A DNA stretch of 64,000 bases from an uncultured Pseudomonadota bacterium (GCA_963698375.1 CAVOQN010000006.1:235854-299853); one strand, 5' to 3'. Counted from the first letter of the stretch, positions 52,803 through 63,329 are shown. The notes: generated by a model from the sequence alone, not told the origin. Numbers and translations are program-made.

Positions 52803-53465
52803 ATGGATCGCACTTTCTGGCACGAACGCTGGCAGCACAACGAAATCGGCTTTCACCAGCAGGAGTTCAACGCGCACCTGCAGGATTTCTGGGGACAGCT
52901 GGCAGCCCCGGCCGGCGGCCTGGTGTTCGTGCCGCTGTGCGGCAAGAGTCGCGACCTGTTATGGCTGCGTGCTCGCGATTCCAGGGTGCTCGGCGTCGAG
53001 CTCAGTCCAATTGCGGTGCACGATTTTTTTGCCGAGAATGCACTTACACCGCAGGTCACGCGCCAGGGTGTGTTTGATCGCTACGAGGCGGATGGGCTTG
53101 CGATTCTTTGCGGGGATTTCTTCGATCTTACGCCGGAGGTTATGCAGGGTGTGGCCGGTGTCTACGACCGCGCCTCGCTCATTGCCTTGCCGCCCGAGCT
53201 ACGACCGCGCTACGCCGGACACAGCGCCGCCATTCTGCCGGCCGCGGCCAACACACTGCTTGTGACCATGGAATATCCGCAGAACGAAATGAATGGGCCG
53301 CCGTTTTCAGTGCGCGAAGACGAGGTGCGTCGGTTGTATGAAAAGCGTTACACCGTCACCTGCCTGTACAGCAAAGACATCCTGGCCGAGAATCCGCGCT
53401 TTCGCGAACGCGGACTGAGTGCACTCGCCGAGAAGGTTTATTGGTTGGCGCCGCGCCCGGGGTAG
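52803..53465 (+). CDS. tpm: Thiopurine S-methyltransferase
   Basis: Contains FWHERWQHNEIGFHQ, VFVPLCGKSRDLLWL and VYDRASLIALPP. Confidence 0.9.
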   Translation: MDRTFWHERWQHNEIGFHQQEFNAHLQDFWGQLAAPAGGLVFVPLCGKSRDLLWLRARDSRVLGVELSPIAVHDFFAENALTPQVTRQGVFDRYEADGLAILCGDFFDLTPEVMQGVAGVYDRASLIALPPELRPRYAGHSAAILPAAANTLLVTMEYPQNEMNGPPFSVREDEVRRLYEKRYTVTCLYSKDILAENPRFRERGLSALAEKVYWLAPRPG

Positions 53466-53527
53466 CGGGATGCTGCTGTTCTATGCGGCCAGGTACTTCA
53501 TCGTGAGCGATGTGCCTTGGTCATTAC

Positions 53528-54344
53528 TCACAAGAAGTAATAACTCAGGCGCAGACCGTACACGTCCATGTCGCTGCGCGGCTGCACCACCAGATAAGTC
53601 GAGCCCGCCGTACGTCAGCAACTCCGGGTCCGACTCGCTGAAGCGATAGCTGTCGTAGTACAAGGCGATGCCGAAGCGGTCATGCCGTCCGGAGCCGAAA
53701 TCGAACTGGAGATTGGCGAATGCGGAAGACTTGCGACCCGGTGCAAGGTCAACGCCACTTCCCAGGTCTACATGCTCACTGGTGGCGAGCGGCATTTTCA
53801 CACCGCCCTGCAGCATGTAGCGCCAGCCATCCAGCTGTTGGAAAAATCCCAATCCGGCCTTGCCGTACAGGACGATGTAATACTCGTCATAACCATACGC
53901 CACGGTTCCGGTCGCTGTTCTTCCGTTATTGATCGAGCGTAGCCAGTCATCGAGTCCCAGACCGCCGAAGACATCCAGGCCGATACGCCGGCCGAAACGA
54001 TAGCCGCCCAGCGCTTCGATATTCACTCCGAAATAATCGACGTCGGTCGTGGCTGGAATTCCGATCTGCGTCTGGCCGTCGTAGTTCACGCTACCCAGGT
54101 AGAATTTACCGTTGATGTTGTACAGTACACCGGAACCTTCGCGCCGGAAGTTGTCATACGCGGCACCCACGGCAAAACGCGTACCCTTCTCCTGCAGCAG
54201 GCGTGCGCCGGTGTCACGGAACTCGCGCCAACGGAAGTCATGAAGCTCAACTTGAATGCTGGCCTGAGGTAAGTCAGTGGCCTGAGCGGCTGTAGTGATT
54301 CCAAACAGTAAAATGAGAACCGAGGAGATTATCCCGGTGCGCAT
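53528..54344 (-). pseudogene. Outer-membrane beta-barrel protein with one frameshift near its 3' end (about 53597)
   Basis: Signal peptide MRTGIISSVLILLFGITTAAQA and alternating barrel strands. The shifted frame gives the canonical end YLVVQPRSDMDVYGLRLSYYFL*. Confidence 0.7.
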
Positions 54345-54469
54345 GTCGAATTTTTCCTTTCTGTTCTTGTGGTCGACGTTTAATCAGCGCATGTCCTGCA
54401 GCGCGCCCCCACACCAATATTCTACTGACTTTATGCTGTGGGCAAGTCTTATCTAGGCAAGGTGAGCAA

Positions 54470-55728
54470 TTACGCGAAACGTGCGAGCGTGAGTCCATCG
54501 AGATCGATCTCGGGTGAGCGACCGGCAATGAGATCGGCCAGCACCTTTCCCGATCCGCAGGCCATGGTCCAGCCGAGTGTGCCGTGGCCAGTGTTGAGGA
54601 ACAGGTTCTGATACGGTGTCGCGCCGATCACCGGCGGATTGTCCGGTGTCATCGGGCGCAGGCCGGCCCAGGGTTCGGCATCGGCGAGATCGCCGGCTGG
54701 ACGGGAAAAGATCGCGCACCACATGTGCGAGCGTGGCGAGGCGCGCGCGGCGCAACGTGAGGTCGTAGCCGCAGAGCTCGGCGGTGCCGGCGGCGCGCAT
54801 CCGGTTCCCGAGCCGGGTAATCACCACCTTATAGGTCTCGTCGGTGAGCGTACCCTGGGCGCGGCGGCGTCGTTGGTAATGGGAACGGTGATGGAGTAGC
54901 CCTTCACCGGATACACCGGCAGCCGTATGCCGAGCGGCTTGAGCAGCAGCGGCGAGTAGCTGCCGCAGGCGAGCACATAGCGATCGGCCGTGAGATCACC
55001 GTGGTCGGTGACGACGCGCGGAAATGCGATCGCCATCGGCGATCAGCCGGGTCACGTTGGTCGAGGCGAGAAATTTTACACCGTGCTGTTGTGCACGCGC
55101 TGCCAGTTCATCGGTGAAGCGCCGGCAGTCGCCGGACTCATCGCCCGGAAACAGCATGCCGCCCACAATCTTTTCCTGCGAATCGCCTGAGCGCCGGTTC
55201 GTGCGCGACACAGGCGGCGCGATCAAGGAATCGATAGGCAATCCCGAGCCGATCGAGCAGTTGCGCTTCGTGTGTCGCCGTCTCAAGATCGCGCGCGCTG
55301 CGATACAGGATCAGCAGGCCATGCGTGTCCTGGTCGTAGTGCAGGCCGAGTCTCGTTGCGCAGTTCGGTCAGGCAAGCATGGCTGTAGCGCGCGAGCCGG
55401 AGCTGACGTTCCTTGTTGGCGCAGATAACGCGCGTCCGTGCAGTTGCGCAACATCTTGGCCGAGCCACCGCCACATGGCCGGATCGAGCGTCGGCCGCAG
55501 CACCAGCGGCGAGTGCCGCTGGAATAGCCAACCCAGCGCCTTGCGCGGTATGCCCGGCGCCGCCCACGGATTGGCGGCGCCCCACGACACCTGCCCGCCG
55601 TTGGCGAAGCTGGTTTCCATCGCCGGCCGTGGCTGACGATCGACCAGTGTTACCTCGTGACCGGCGCGCGCCAGATACCAGGCGCTGGTCACGCCGATCA
55701 CGCCGCTGCCGAGAACCAGGATTTTCAT
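54470..55728 (-). pseudogene. dadA: D-amino-acid dehydrogenase small subunit, with at least 7 frameshifts
   Basis: [96 protein letters not shown]...[31 protein letters not shown] and [16 protein letters not shown]...[17 protein letters not shown] are distributed over all three frames. Confidence 0.9.
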
Positions 55729-55898
55729 AAGTGGCAGATAGATTGCCGCGTCCGGTGTATGCGCAGGCAGGAAGTACCGGAATGTCGTCAGGATAGCATG
55801 CACCCGCGGCGCCAGGTGCCGGCCGGCCAAGTTAGCATCTACCCGCAGGCACATCTGCGTTATAGTGGTGTTGGATCACTCAATCGGCAGGAGGCACC

Positions 55899-56291
55899 AT
55901 GCCCGAGCTCGAGCTTAATTCCGACACCGTCTGTTTTCTCATCAGCAAGGCACGCGAGTTTCACGCCAAGGAGGAGGTGGTGATTCCCGACACCCCGGAC
56001 AGCCCGAGCGAGGACTGGGCGCTGCAGGCGTTGGCCGATCATGCCGACGATGCCACCTATCAGGAGTTCCGCAACACGGTCAACGACCTCGAGCCCGACC
56101 AGCAGCACCAGCTGGTGGCGCTGTTATGGCTCGGGCGTGGCGAATACGATCTCGCTGAATGGGACGAGGCGCTCGCCGAGGCGCGCCGCAGCTGGACGAA
56201 GCGTACCGCCGAGTATCTTATTGCGCACCCGCTGTTGGCCGATTTCCTCGACGACGCGCTGGAGCAATTCGGTTACAGCTGCGAGGACTGA
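55899..56291 (+). CDS. DUF3775 domain protein
   Basis: 130-aa acidic protein containing VCFLISKAREFHAKE and LVALLWLGRGEYDLAEWDEAL. Confidence 0.7.
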   Translation: MPELELNSDTVCFLISKAREFHAKEEVVIPDTPDSPSEDWALQALADHADDATYQEFRNTVNDLEPDQQHQLVALLWLGRGEYDLAEWDEALAEARRSWTKRTAEYLIAHPLLADFLDDALEQFGYSCED

Positions 56292-56302
56292 CGGGCGGGC
56301 GG

Positions 56303-57238
56303 CTAGATCGCCGCGGTGGTGAGCGGGACGCGGCGCTCGGTGTCGATCAACCAGTCGCGGATGCGCCGGGCGTCACCGTATTTGCTGTACTTGCCCCAGG
56401 AGTTGAGCAGCACAATGCTGAGCGGCCGTCCGGCAACCGTGACGCGCATTGCCAGGCAATTGCCGGCATCGGCGGTGTAGCCGGTTTTGGTCAGGCCTAT
56501 TCCCCAGTCTTCCTGACGCACCAGGCGATTGGTATTGAAGAAGGCCGATGGCGCGGCCGGTGGCGAGGTCGGTGACCCAATGTTCGCCGCTGGTGGTGAA
56601 GGCATGCATGCGTGGCTGGGCGTGCGCGGCGTCGAGCAGCTTGAGCAGGTCGCGCGCGGTCGAGACATTGCGCGAGTCGAGCCCCGAGGCATCGGCGAAG
56701 CGTGTGTTGGGTCATGCCGAGTGCCTGCGCCTTGGCGTTCATGGTCGCGACGAATGCCTGCGTGCCGCCGGGGGCGGTGCGGGCCAGTGCCGACGCCGCG
56801 CGGTTGTCGGAGGCGCTGAGCGCGGCGCGCAGCAGGTCATCGCGCGTGAGGATGGCGCCGATAGTGCAGGCGCGAGCGCGATCCCTTGAGGCGGTCGCGG
56901 TCGTCGGTGGTGATGGCAATCGGCGCTTCCAGCGGCTGGTCGGACTCGAGGACCACGAGCGCGGTCATGAGCTTGGTGAGCGAGGCGATCGGGCGCGGCG
57001 TGTCGATGGCGCGCCCGTAGAGCATGACGCCGTCGCGTTCGTCCATCACCAGCGCCACCTGCGAGCGTAGCGCCAGGCGTCTGGGGATTGGCGTAGCGCA
57101 ACAACTCGGTGGCCTTGACGTAGGGAATGGATTCCGGTGTGACGGTTGTGACGTCCGAGTTGGCGACGCTGAAATAGAACAGCGCACCGGTGACGCCGAA
57201 CAGCGCCCCGAGGGCGAACAATTATTGGTCGGTTTCAC
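56303..57238 (-). pseudogene. pbpG: D-alanyl-D-alanine endopeptidase (peptidase S11, PBP7/PbpG-like), with at least 5 frameshifts
   Basis: Contains SxxK PIASLTKLMTA, SxN LSASDNRAA, KTG GLTKTGYTADAGNC and the C-terminal SIVLLNSWGKYSKYGDARRIRDWL, each recovered from different frames. Confidence 0.85.
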
Positions 57239-57333
57239 GTTGAATTCGACAGGCAGGTGGCTCCGGACGCGACATTATTATAGAGAAAGCGTAGCATACG
57301 ACAAGGATAGTTCCGCTGCACGGGAGTGCTGCG

Positions 57334-57714
57334 ATGAAGAATGGTCCTGCTGAAATCCGCCATTACCTCGCCGATTTGGCCACAAATGGCGATGTGATGC
57401 CTGCCCGTTGCCGCAGTCGCCAGACCTGTCCGGCTATCGCGGTCGTGGCGCTGCACCCGCAGCCGTCGCTCGCGGACTACCTTGCGGCCATGCCGCTCGC
57501 CAGGGCCGAGGCACAAGCGCGGCTCGGCGAGTGCATGCTGCTGTCCTGGTACGACCGCGACCGCGATTTCGAGGCACCGCAGCATGTGAGCGAATGCCAT
57601 CAGGACAGCGCGGTGCCGGGTTATGTGGACTACGCCGTACACCGCGGCGCGCAGCTGATGATTGACATCGAAAGCGGTCGATTCGTATTCTTCTACCGTC
57701 CCGTGGATTTCTGA
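57334..57714 (+). CDS. Hypothetical protein (126 aa)
   Basis: Intact ORF containing MLLSWYDRDRDFEAPQHVSEC...FVFFYRPV. No family assigned. Confidence 0.45.
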   Translation: MKNGPAEIRHYLADLATNGDVMPARCRSRQTCPAIAVVALHPQPSLADYLAAMPLARAEAQARLGECMLLSWYDRDRDFEAPQHVSECHQDSAVPGYVDYAVHRGAQLMIDIESGRFVFFYRPVDF

Positions 57715-57724
57715 AGGACAATGA

Positions 57725-58373
57725 ATGTTCATCGGCCACTTTGCCGTCGGATTTGGCGCCAAGCGCTTCGCGCCACGTGTTTCACTCGGCACCCTGTTTC
57801 TGGCCGCCCAGTTCATCGATCTGCTGTGGCCGACACTGCTGTTGTTCGGGGTGGAGCGGGTGCGGATCGCGCCGGGGATCACGGCGTTCACGCCGCTCGA
57901 TTTCGAACACTACCCGTGGTCGCACAGTCTGTTCATGGTGGTCGTCTGGGGCGGGCTGTTCGGCGTCGTGTATTACGCGCTGCGGCGCGATGTGCGTGCC
58001 AGCGTCGTGCTGGCGATGGCCGTGCTCAGCCACTGGCTGCTCGACTTTTTCACCCATCGTCCGGATCTGCCATTGTGGCTGGACGGCAGCCGTGTCGGTC
58101 TGGGACTCTGGAATTCGGTGCCCGCCACACTGGTGGTCGAAATTGGTTTGTTTGTGTGCGGCATTCTGCTCTATGTGCGTACGACCCGCGCCCGCGACGC
58201 CGCCGGCCGCTGGACGTTGTGGGCTGCTGGTGGCGCTGCTCGGCCTGATCTATGCTGGCAATCTGCTCGGTCCGCCGCCACCCAATGTCATGGCCATCGC
58301 CTGGGTCGGGCATGCGCAGTGGTTGCTGGTGGCCTGGGGTTACTGGATTGACCGGCACCGCGAGACGATTTGA
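57725..58373 (+). pseudogene. Polytopic membrane protein (YdjM/DUF457-like metal-dependent hydrolase fold?) with one frameshift near 58215
   Basis: MFIGHFAVGFGAK...YPWSHSL...LSHWLLDFFTHRPDLPLW is in the first frame. The C-terminal LLVALLGLIYAGNLLGPPPPNVMAIAWVGHAQWLLVAWGYWIDRHR is in ORF 57741..58373. Confidence 0.5.
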
Positions 58374-58433
58374 TCGCGTCGCCGGACCAATGTTGTAATA
58401 ACCACGTTGATTCACAAGGAGGAGGATTCCGGC

Positions 58434-58757
58434 ATGTCGCATACCTATGAAGAGCTGAAACACAAAACGGTGGCCGAGCTGCGTGAGATTGCCAAAGGCA
58501 TCGAGCACGAGGCCGTGAAGGGCGCCACCCAGATGAACAAGGATCATGTGCTCAAGGCGCTGTGCACGGCGCTCGGTCTCGAAGCACACGCGCATCATGA
58601 GGTCGTGGGCATCGACAAGGCAGCGGTGAAAGCCAGGATTCGCGAGCTCAAGAAACGCCGTGATGAAATTCTCGCCTCCAAGGATCTCGGGGAACTGCAT
58701 GGCGTGCTGCGCCAGATTCATGCCTTCAAGCGCCGCATCCGGCGCGCCATGGTCTGA
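58434..58757 (+). CDS. Small protein with a Rho_N/SAP-like N-terminal motif
   Basis: AAGGAGGAGG ribosome-binding site. Contains YEELKHKTVAELREIAKGI and a basic C-terminus. Confidence 0.55.
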   Translation: MSHTYEELKHKTVAELREIAKGIEHEAVKGATQMNKDHVLKALCTALGLEAHAHHEVVGIDKAAVKARIRELKKRRDEILASKDLGELHGVLRQIHAFKRRIRRAMV

Positions 58758-58809
58758 GCAGGTGACCCAGCGCCGGCCCCGTGTGCGGGTCGGCGCTGGA
58801 AAACCTGCT
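58758..58809 (+). terminator. GC-rich nested hairpin after the Rho_N-like gene (no U-tract)
   Basis: GCAGGTgaccCAGCGCCGGCCCcgtgtgcGGGTCGGCGCTGgaaaACCTGC forms a 12-bp inner stem plus a 6-bp outer stem. Confidence 0.35.
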
Positions 58810-59063
58810 GAAAGTGCTGGTATTTATGACGACTAGCGCGTATAGTGCCGCCACCCTGAAGTTGAGGGTTTAGACGTTTCTGACCTTCCCCTGCTGTTTC
58901 TTAGCGGTTTCCTGGTTAGCGACGTGTGGGCCGCACCCCGTTATCGGTGCGCGGCCATTCGGAACCAGGCGCTGACATTACCTGCCACGTAATTTACGCT
59001 TTGTTCATTTGTAGTATTCATTCAACATATTTCTGCCCGTGGTAGGCGGAAGAGGAACTCATT

Positions 59064-60438
59064 TTGTCTTTTGAAAACCTGAAGCTCGACGAAAAACTGC
59101 TGCGCGCCATCGAAGCCTGTCATTACAAGACGCCCACCGCCATCCAGCTGCGAGGCGATTCCGGTGGCCCTCGCCGGCCGCGACCTGATGGCCTCGGCCC
59201 AGACCGGTACCGGCAAGACGGCCGCCTTCGTGCTGCCGGCCCTGCAGAAACTGCTGACCCCTTCCACCGTCAAGGGCCGCGGCCCGCGCGTGCTGGTGCT
59301 GACCCCGACCCGCGAACTCGCCATGCAGGTGAGCGACAACATCAAACAGTTCGGCAGCCATTGCAAAGTGACTTCCGGCAGCATCGTCGGCGGCATGAGC
59401 TACGGCCCGCAGCTGAACCTGCTGGGACGGCCGCTCGACCTGCTGGTCGCAACACCCGGCCGGCTGATGGATCACATGGAACGCGGGCGCGTGGATTTCT
59501 CACGTCTTGAGATTCTGGTGCTGGACGAGGCCGATCGCATGCTGGACATGGGGTTCGTCGATGCCGTCCGGGACATCGCCAAGGCCACGCCGGCGAACCG
59601 TCAGACGCTGCTGTTCTCCGCCACGCTCGAAGGCAAGGTGCTGGAGATCGCGCGTCAGCTGCTCAAGAACCCGGCGCGCATCCAGCTCGCCGACAACAAG
59701 GAACGGCATGCGTCCATCACCCAACAGGTGCATCAGGCGGATGACCATGCGCACAAGCACGCGATGCTTTCACACCTGCTCAAGAACGACGCGCTCTATC
59801 AGGCGGTGATTTTCACCGCCACCAAGCGCGGCGCCGACAAGCTGGCCGAGACGCTGACGGCGAAGGGCCACTCCAGTGCCGCCCTGCACGGCGACATGAA
59901 CCAGGGCCAGCGCAAGCGCACCATCGACCGCATGCGCCGCGGCGAGCATCGCCTGCTGGTGGCGACCGATGTCGCGGCCCGCGGCCTCGACATCTCCGGT
60001 ATCAGCCATGTGATCAACTTCGATTTGCCGATGGTGCCGGAGGATTACATCCACCGCATCGGCCGTACCGGCCGCGCCGGCGCCACCGGTATTGCGATCT
60101 CGTTTGTAGGTCCGGATGACCGCCACAAGCTCGCCGGCATCGAACGCATCATCGGTCGCCGTCTGGAGCGCGAAACCATTCCGGGTCTTGAGCCCAAGCG
60201 CCCGATGTCTGGCGCCGGCCGTGGACGTCCCGCGGACTCGCGTCCGCATGCGCGTAAGCCGTCGTACCCGCCGCGTGGCGCCGGCGGCCAGGATTTCGGC
60301 AAGGGGCAGCCCGCAAGCCGCGAGCGGCGTCGGGTTATCGTGATGGCCGTTCCGAAGGGCGTCCTTCCGGCGGAGACAAACCGGCAGGTCGCCGGCAAGC
60401 GCGGAAGGAGCGCGCGCCTGGCGACAGAACTCGGTTAA
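59064..60438 (+). pseudogene. rhlE: DEAD-box RNA helicase (RhlE-like) with a one-base insertion near 59148
   Basis: The TTG start gives MSFENLKLDEKLLRAIEACHYKTPTAIQ. The +1 frame continues EAIPVALAGRDLMASAQTGTGKTAAF, LVLDEADRMLDMGF, SAT and HRIGRTGRAG, with an Arg/Gly-rich tail. Confidence 0.9.
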
Positions 60439-60462
60439 GCAGCAAGAATTATGAGTCTACGT

Positions 60463-60497
60463 ACCTGCCTCACAGAAATGTGAGGCAGGTTTTTTTT
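60463..60497 (+). terminator. Rho-independent terminator of rhlE
   Basis: aCCTGCCTCACAgaaaTGTGAGGCAGGtttttttt forms an 11-12-bp stem with a GAAA loop and 8 T. Confidence 0.85.
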
Positions 60498-60505
60498 GAT
60501 CTGCG

Positions 60506-60889
60506 TTATGACTTCGCTTTGTGCCCGCTGACGAAGGCGTGCAGCATTTTGGTGTCCTCGAACTTCTGCAGTTGCTCGGGTGTGGCCTTCTTCTGGTGCT
60601 TCGCTTTCCACTCTTCACCGGGCATGCCGTACACCACGGTGCGCGCATCGTCATAGTCCAGGTCATGCCCGCGTTCCTTGGCCGCGGCCAGGTACCACTT
60701 CGACAGGCAGTTGCGGCAAAAGCCGGCCAGATTCATGAGGTCGATATTCTGGACATCGGTGCGGCGCTGTAGATGCGCGACCAGCCCCCGGAAGGCCGCT
60801 GCCTCCAGTTCCAGGCGGGTCTGTGTGTCCAGCTTGGGATTCCCGGTCAAGGCTGCAGGCACTGAGTTATCTCCCTCAGGGCATGACAT
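60506..60889 (-). CDS. DUF1244 domain protein
   Basis: Contains FRGLVAHLQRRTDVQNIDLMNLAGFCRNCLSKWY. Confidence 0.75.
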   Translation of the reverse strand: MSCPEGDNSVPAALTGNPKLDTQTRLELEAAAFRGLVAHLQRRTDVQNIDLMNLAGFCRNCLSKWYLAAAKERGHDLDYDDARTVVYGMPGEEWKAKHQKKATPEQLQKFEDTKMLHAFVSGHKAKS

Positions 60890-61204
60890 CGTGTTGGTCC
60901 TTTATATATGGCCAAGCCGGGATTTTCGCTTTTCCGCCCTGTAAAATCATCAATTTCGGGAAACAGTTAAAGACTAATATATATGTACGTCCCGCGTGAA
61001 CGGTAACGTCCATTTCTGGACGCGGCGCGGAGAGAGTGAAAAATCCATTCGCATTTTAATCAAACTTGTGTAAGCTAAATCCGTTGCAGCGTTCTTCTGC
61101 CCGTACTTCCGGAAGTCCTCCAGTTACTTCGGCAGTTACTCCCGCAGGCACGTTCCAGGAAACACTCTGCAGCACTTTTTATTAACTATTTCAGAGGTGA
61201 TTCC

Positions 61205-61408
61205 GTGATTACAGGAACGGTTAAGTGGTTCAACGATGCCAAGGGCTTCGGCTTCATTACCCCAGACGACGGCAGCAAGGATGTGTTCGTGCATCACTCC
61301 GCCATTCAGGGTAGCGGCTTCAAGTCGCTGGCCGAGGGTCAGAAGGTAAAGTTTGAATTGACGCAGGGCCCGAAGGGTCCGTCGGCTGCGAACGTCACGC
61401 CGGCGTAA
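61205..61408 (+). CDS. cspA: Cold-shock protein, CspA family
   Basis: [31 protein letters not shown] (RNP1/RNP2). GTG start. About 300 nt of untranslated region upstream. Confidence 0.9.
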   Translation: MITGTVKWFNDAKGFGFITPDDGSKDVFVHHSAIQGSGFKSLAEGQKVKFELTQGPKGPSAANVTPA

Positions 61409-61437
61409 ACTGCTCCTGCATCGCAGGTTTCAGTCGA

Positions 61438-61467
61438 AACCCCGCCGAGAACGGCGGGGTTTTTTTA
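61438..61467 (+). terminator. Rho-independent terminator of the csp gene
   Basis: aaCCCCGCCGagaaCGGCGGGGttttttt. Confidence 0.85.
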
Positions 61468-61503
61468 TTTGAGAATTTCGAAAAATTGCCGGAACGGCAA
61501 TGG

Positions 61504-61830
61504 TTACGAACCGGTTACGTCGGCTGGCTTGGGGGCGTTCGCCGGTTTGCGGCCGCGTGGTGACCACAGCGACTGCTTGCCGAAGCCACGTGCATTAATC
61601 TGTTCGGCGCAGTGCGCAGCATGCGCGGTTACATCCTTGAGCGAACCGGCGCGCTGTCCGGTGATGGTCGATTTGCCGTTATCCAGCACGTAGCGATACC
61701 AGCCGGCCCCGTCGCTGCCATCCGGAGCAGAAGTCTTTTCGACGCGCGCGACCTTGAAAGGCCGTGCCTGTGTTGATGCCCGTTCCAGGATACTGCCGGG
61801 GGTGCTGTTCGGTCGTTCGTTTTCAGCCAT
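61504..61830 (-). CDS. Hypothetical protein (108 aa)
   Basis: Intact ORF directly downstream of the RRM gene. Contains GAGWYRYVLDNGKSTITGQRAGSLKDV. Confidence 0.5.
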   Translation of the reverse strand: MAENERPNSTPGSILERASTQARPFKVARVEKTSAPDGSDGAGWYRYVLDNGKSTITGQRAGSLKDVTAHAAHCAEQINARGFGKQSLWSPRGRKPANAPKPADVTGS

Positions 61831-62155
61831 GTCTCGTTCTTGAAATTGAAGGGTAATTAAATAGGGCGCAGGCGGTGTTTAACGCCGTCCGCGGCCGCCG
61901 GCCCCGTGCCTTCTCGCGCGGCTTTTCCTCGTTCACCTTGATCTGCTTGCCCATGAATTCCTTGCCATTGAGTGCGGCGATGGCGGCGCGTGCTTCGTGG
62001 CCCTCCATTTCGACAAAACCAAAGCCGCGGCACTGGCCGCTGAAGACGTCTGCCGCCAGGCGAATGGAGCGCACCTTGCCGTGCTGGGAGAAAAGAGCCT
62101 GAATATCCGCTTCACGGGTTTCCGGGGAGAGATTGCCGACGTACATCTTGAGCAT
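61823..62155 (-). CDS. RRM-type RNA-binding protein. The 3' end is doubtful.
   Basis: Contains MYVGNLS (RNP2) and RGFGFVEM (RNP1). The last ~20 codons read through an AT-rich spacer. An alternative frame ends RHGAGGRGRR* at 61879. Confidence 0.8.
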   Translation of the reverse strand: MLKMYVGNLSPETREADIQALFSQHGKVRSIRLAADVFSGQCRGFGFVEMEGHEARAAIAALNGKEFMGKQIKVNEEKPREKARGRRPRTALNTACALFNYPSISRTRHG

Positions 62156-62384
62156 GTGAAACCTCGTATCGGTATGACGTCCGGTACTGCGTCGGGCAGT
62201 GCGCGGGATCGTGCAGCGCGGCGAATGCCGATCAGCGCACCCAAGCTGCGATATAGAAGGCAGAGTGGACGTCGGAACAGTGCTACCGCGCGTGGTTTGA
62301 AGGGTCGTGGCGCGGGAGAGGCAGTAATAAGCCGATGCAACCCGTCAACCAACCGGCGCACTTTACCACATTTTGACTGCCACG

Positions 62385-62409
62385 GCCTAATTTTGCCTGA
62401 AAATTAGGC
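62385..62409. promoter_or_regulatory. Perfect 10-bp inverted repeat (candidate operator) in a divergent promoter region
   Basis: GCCTAATTTTgcctgAAAATTAGGC, flanked by direct repeats ATTTTGACT at 62370..62378 and 62411..62419. Confidence 0.3.
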
Positions 62410-62462
62410 AATTTTGACTTTGCTTTTATGCTCGGCAATTGCCAGTGCAGCGTGCGGCGGGC

Positions 62463-63068
62463 ATGATCACAGCCGCAAGCAAGGGGAAATGTGTGGCCAA
62501 TCAGACAGAAATCTACGTAAGTACCGATATCGAGGCGGATGGCCCGATTCCCGGGCCACATTCGATGTTGAGTCTGGCCTCGGCCGCCTATCGCGCTGAC
62601 AAAACACTGGTATCGACTTTCACCATCAATCTGGAGACGCTCCCGGAAGCGGTTCCCGACGCACGAACCATGGCTTGGTGGCAGGATTTTCCGGAGGCGT
62701 GGGAAAACTGTCGGCGCGAGACCCGTCCGCCGGAAGTGGCCATGCGCGAGTATGTCGCCTGGCTCAACACCTTGTCCGGGCGGTTGGTATTTCTCGGCTT
62801 TCCCGCCTCCTGGGACTTCATGTGGGTTTACTGGTATCTGGTGCGTTTCACCGGTGAAAGGCCGTTCCGCGAGCACGCGATTGACGTGCGTTCCTACGCC
62901 ATGGGTATGCGCAAGAGCAGCTTCCAGGAGACCACACGCACCTATTTGCCGAAGCGCTGGTTCGATGCCGACCTGCCGCACACGCATGTGGCGCTGGACG
63001 ATGCGCTCGAGCAGGGCGCGATGTTCTGCAACATGCTGGCTGAGAACCGCAAGCCGTCAGGCGGGTAA
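62463..63068 (+). CDS. DEDD-family 3'-5' exonuclease
   Basis: Contains [14 protein letters not shown] (ExoI), WDFMWVYWY and [13 protein letters not shown] (ExoIII, DEDDh). The start is uncertain (62439, 62463 or 62493). Confidence 0.75.
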   Translation: MITAASKGKCVANQTEIYVSTDIEADGPIPGPHSMLSLASAAYRADKTLVSTFTINLETLPEAVPDARTMAWWQDFPEAWENCRRETRPPEVAMREYVAWLNTLSGRLVFLGFPASWDFMWVYWYLVRFTGERPFREHAIDVRSYAMGMRKSSFQETTRTYLPKRWFDADLPHTHVALDDALEQGAMFCNMLAENRKPSGG

Positions 63069-63074
63069 TTATTA

Positions 63075-63329
63075 TGGTCCAAGGCTATCACCTCGATCCG
63101 GACGGACGGGTTGCCGACTGAGCGCTTCGCCGTCGTGTATGCACCGAAGCGTGCGCGCGACCGCGTTCCGGAGGGCAACGTGCAGGTGCTTGAGACGGAA
63201 GCCGCTGCGCTGGCGGCGGCCGATCCGGCCAAGAAACTTTATCCGGCACGCGTCATTGGCCCGGCACGTTCTTCGGAAGGGGTTTCTGTCTACTATATTG
63301 TGTGCTGGCTGGACGCGGTCACAGACTAA
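63075..63329 (+). pseudogene. Small hypothetical protein, possibly frameshifted in a G-run near 63110
   Basis: MVQGYHLDPDGR stops after 16 codons. The +1 frame continues LPTERFAVVYAPKRARDRVPEGNVQVLE...VYYIVCWLDAVTD*. Confidence 0.35.
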
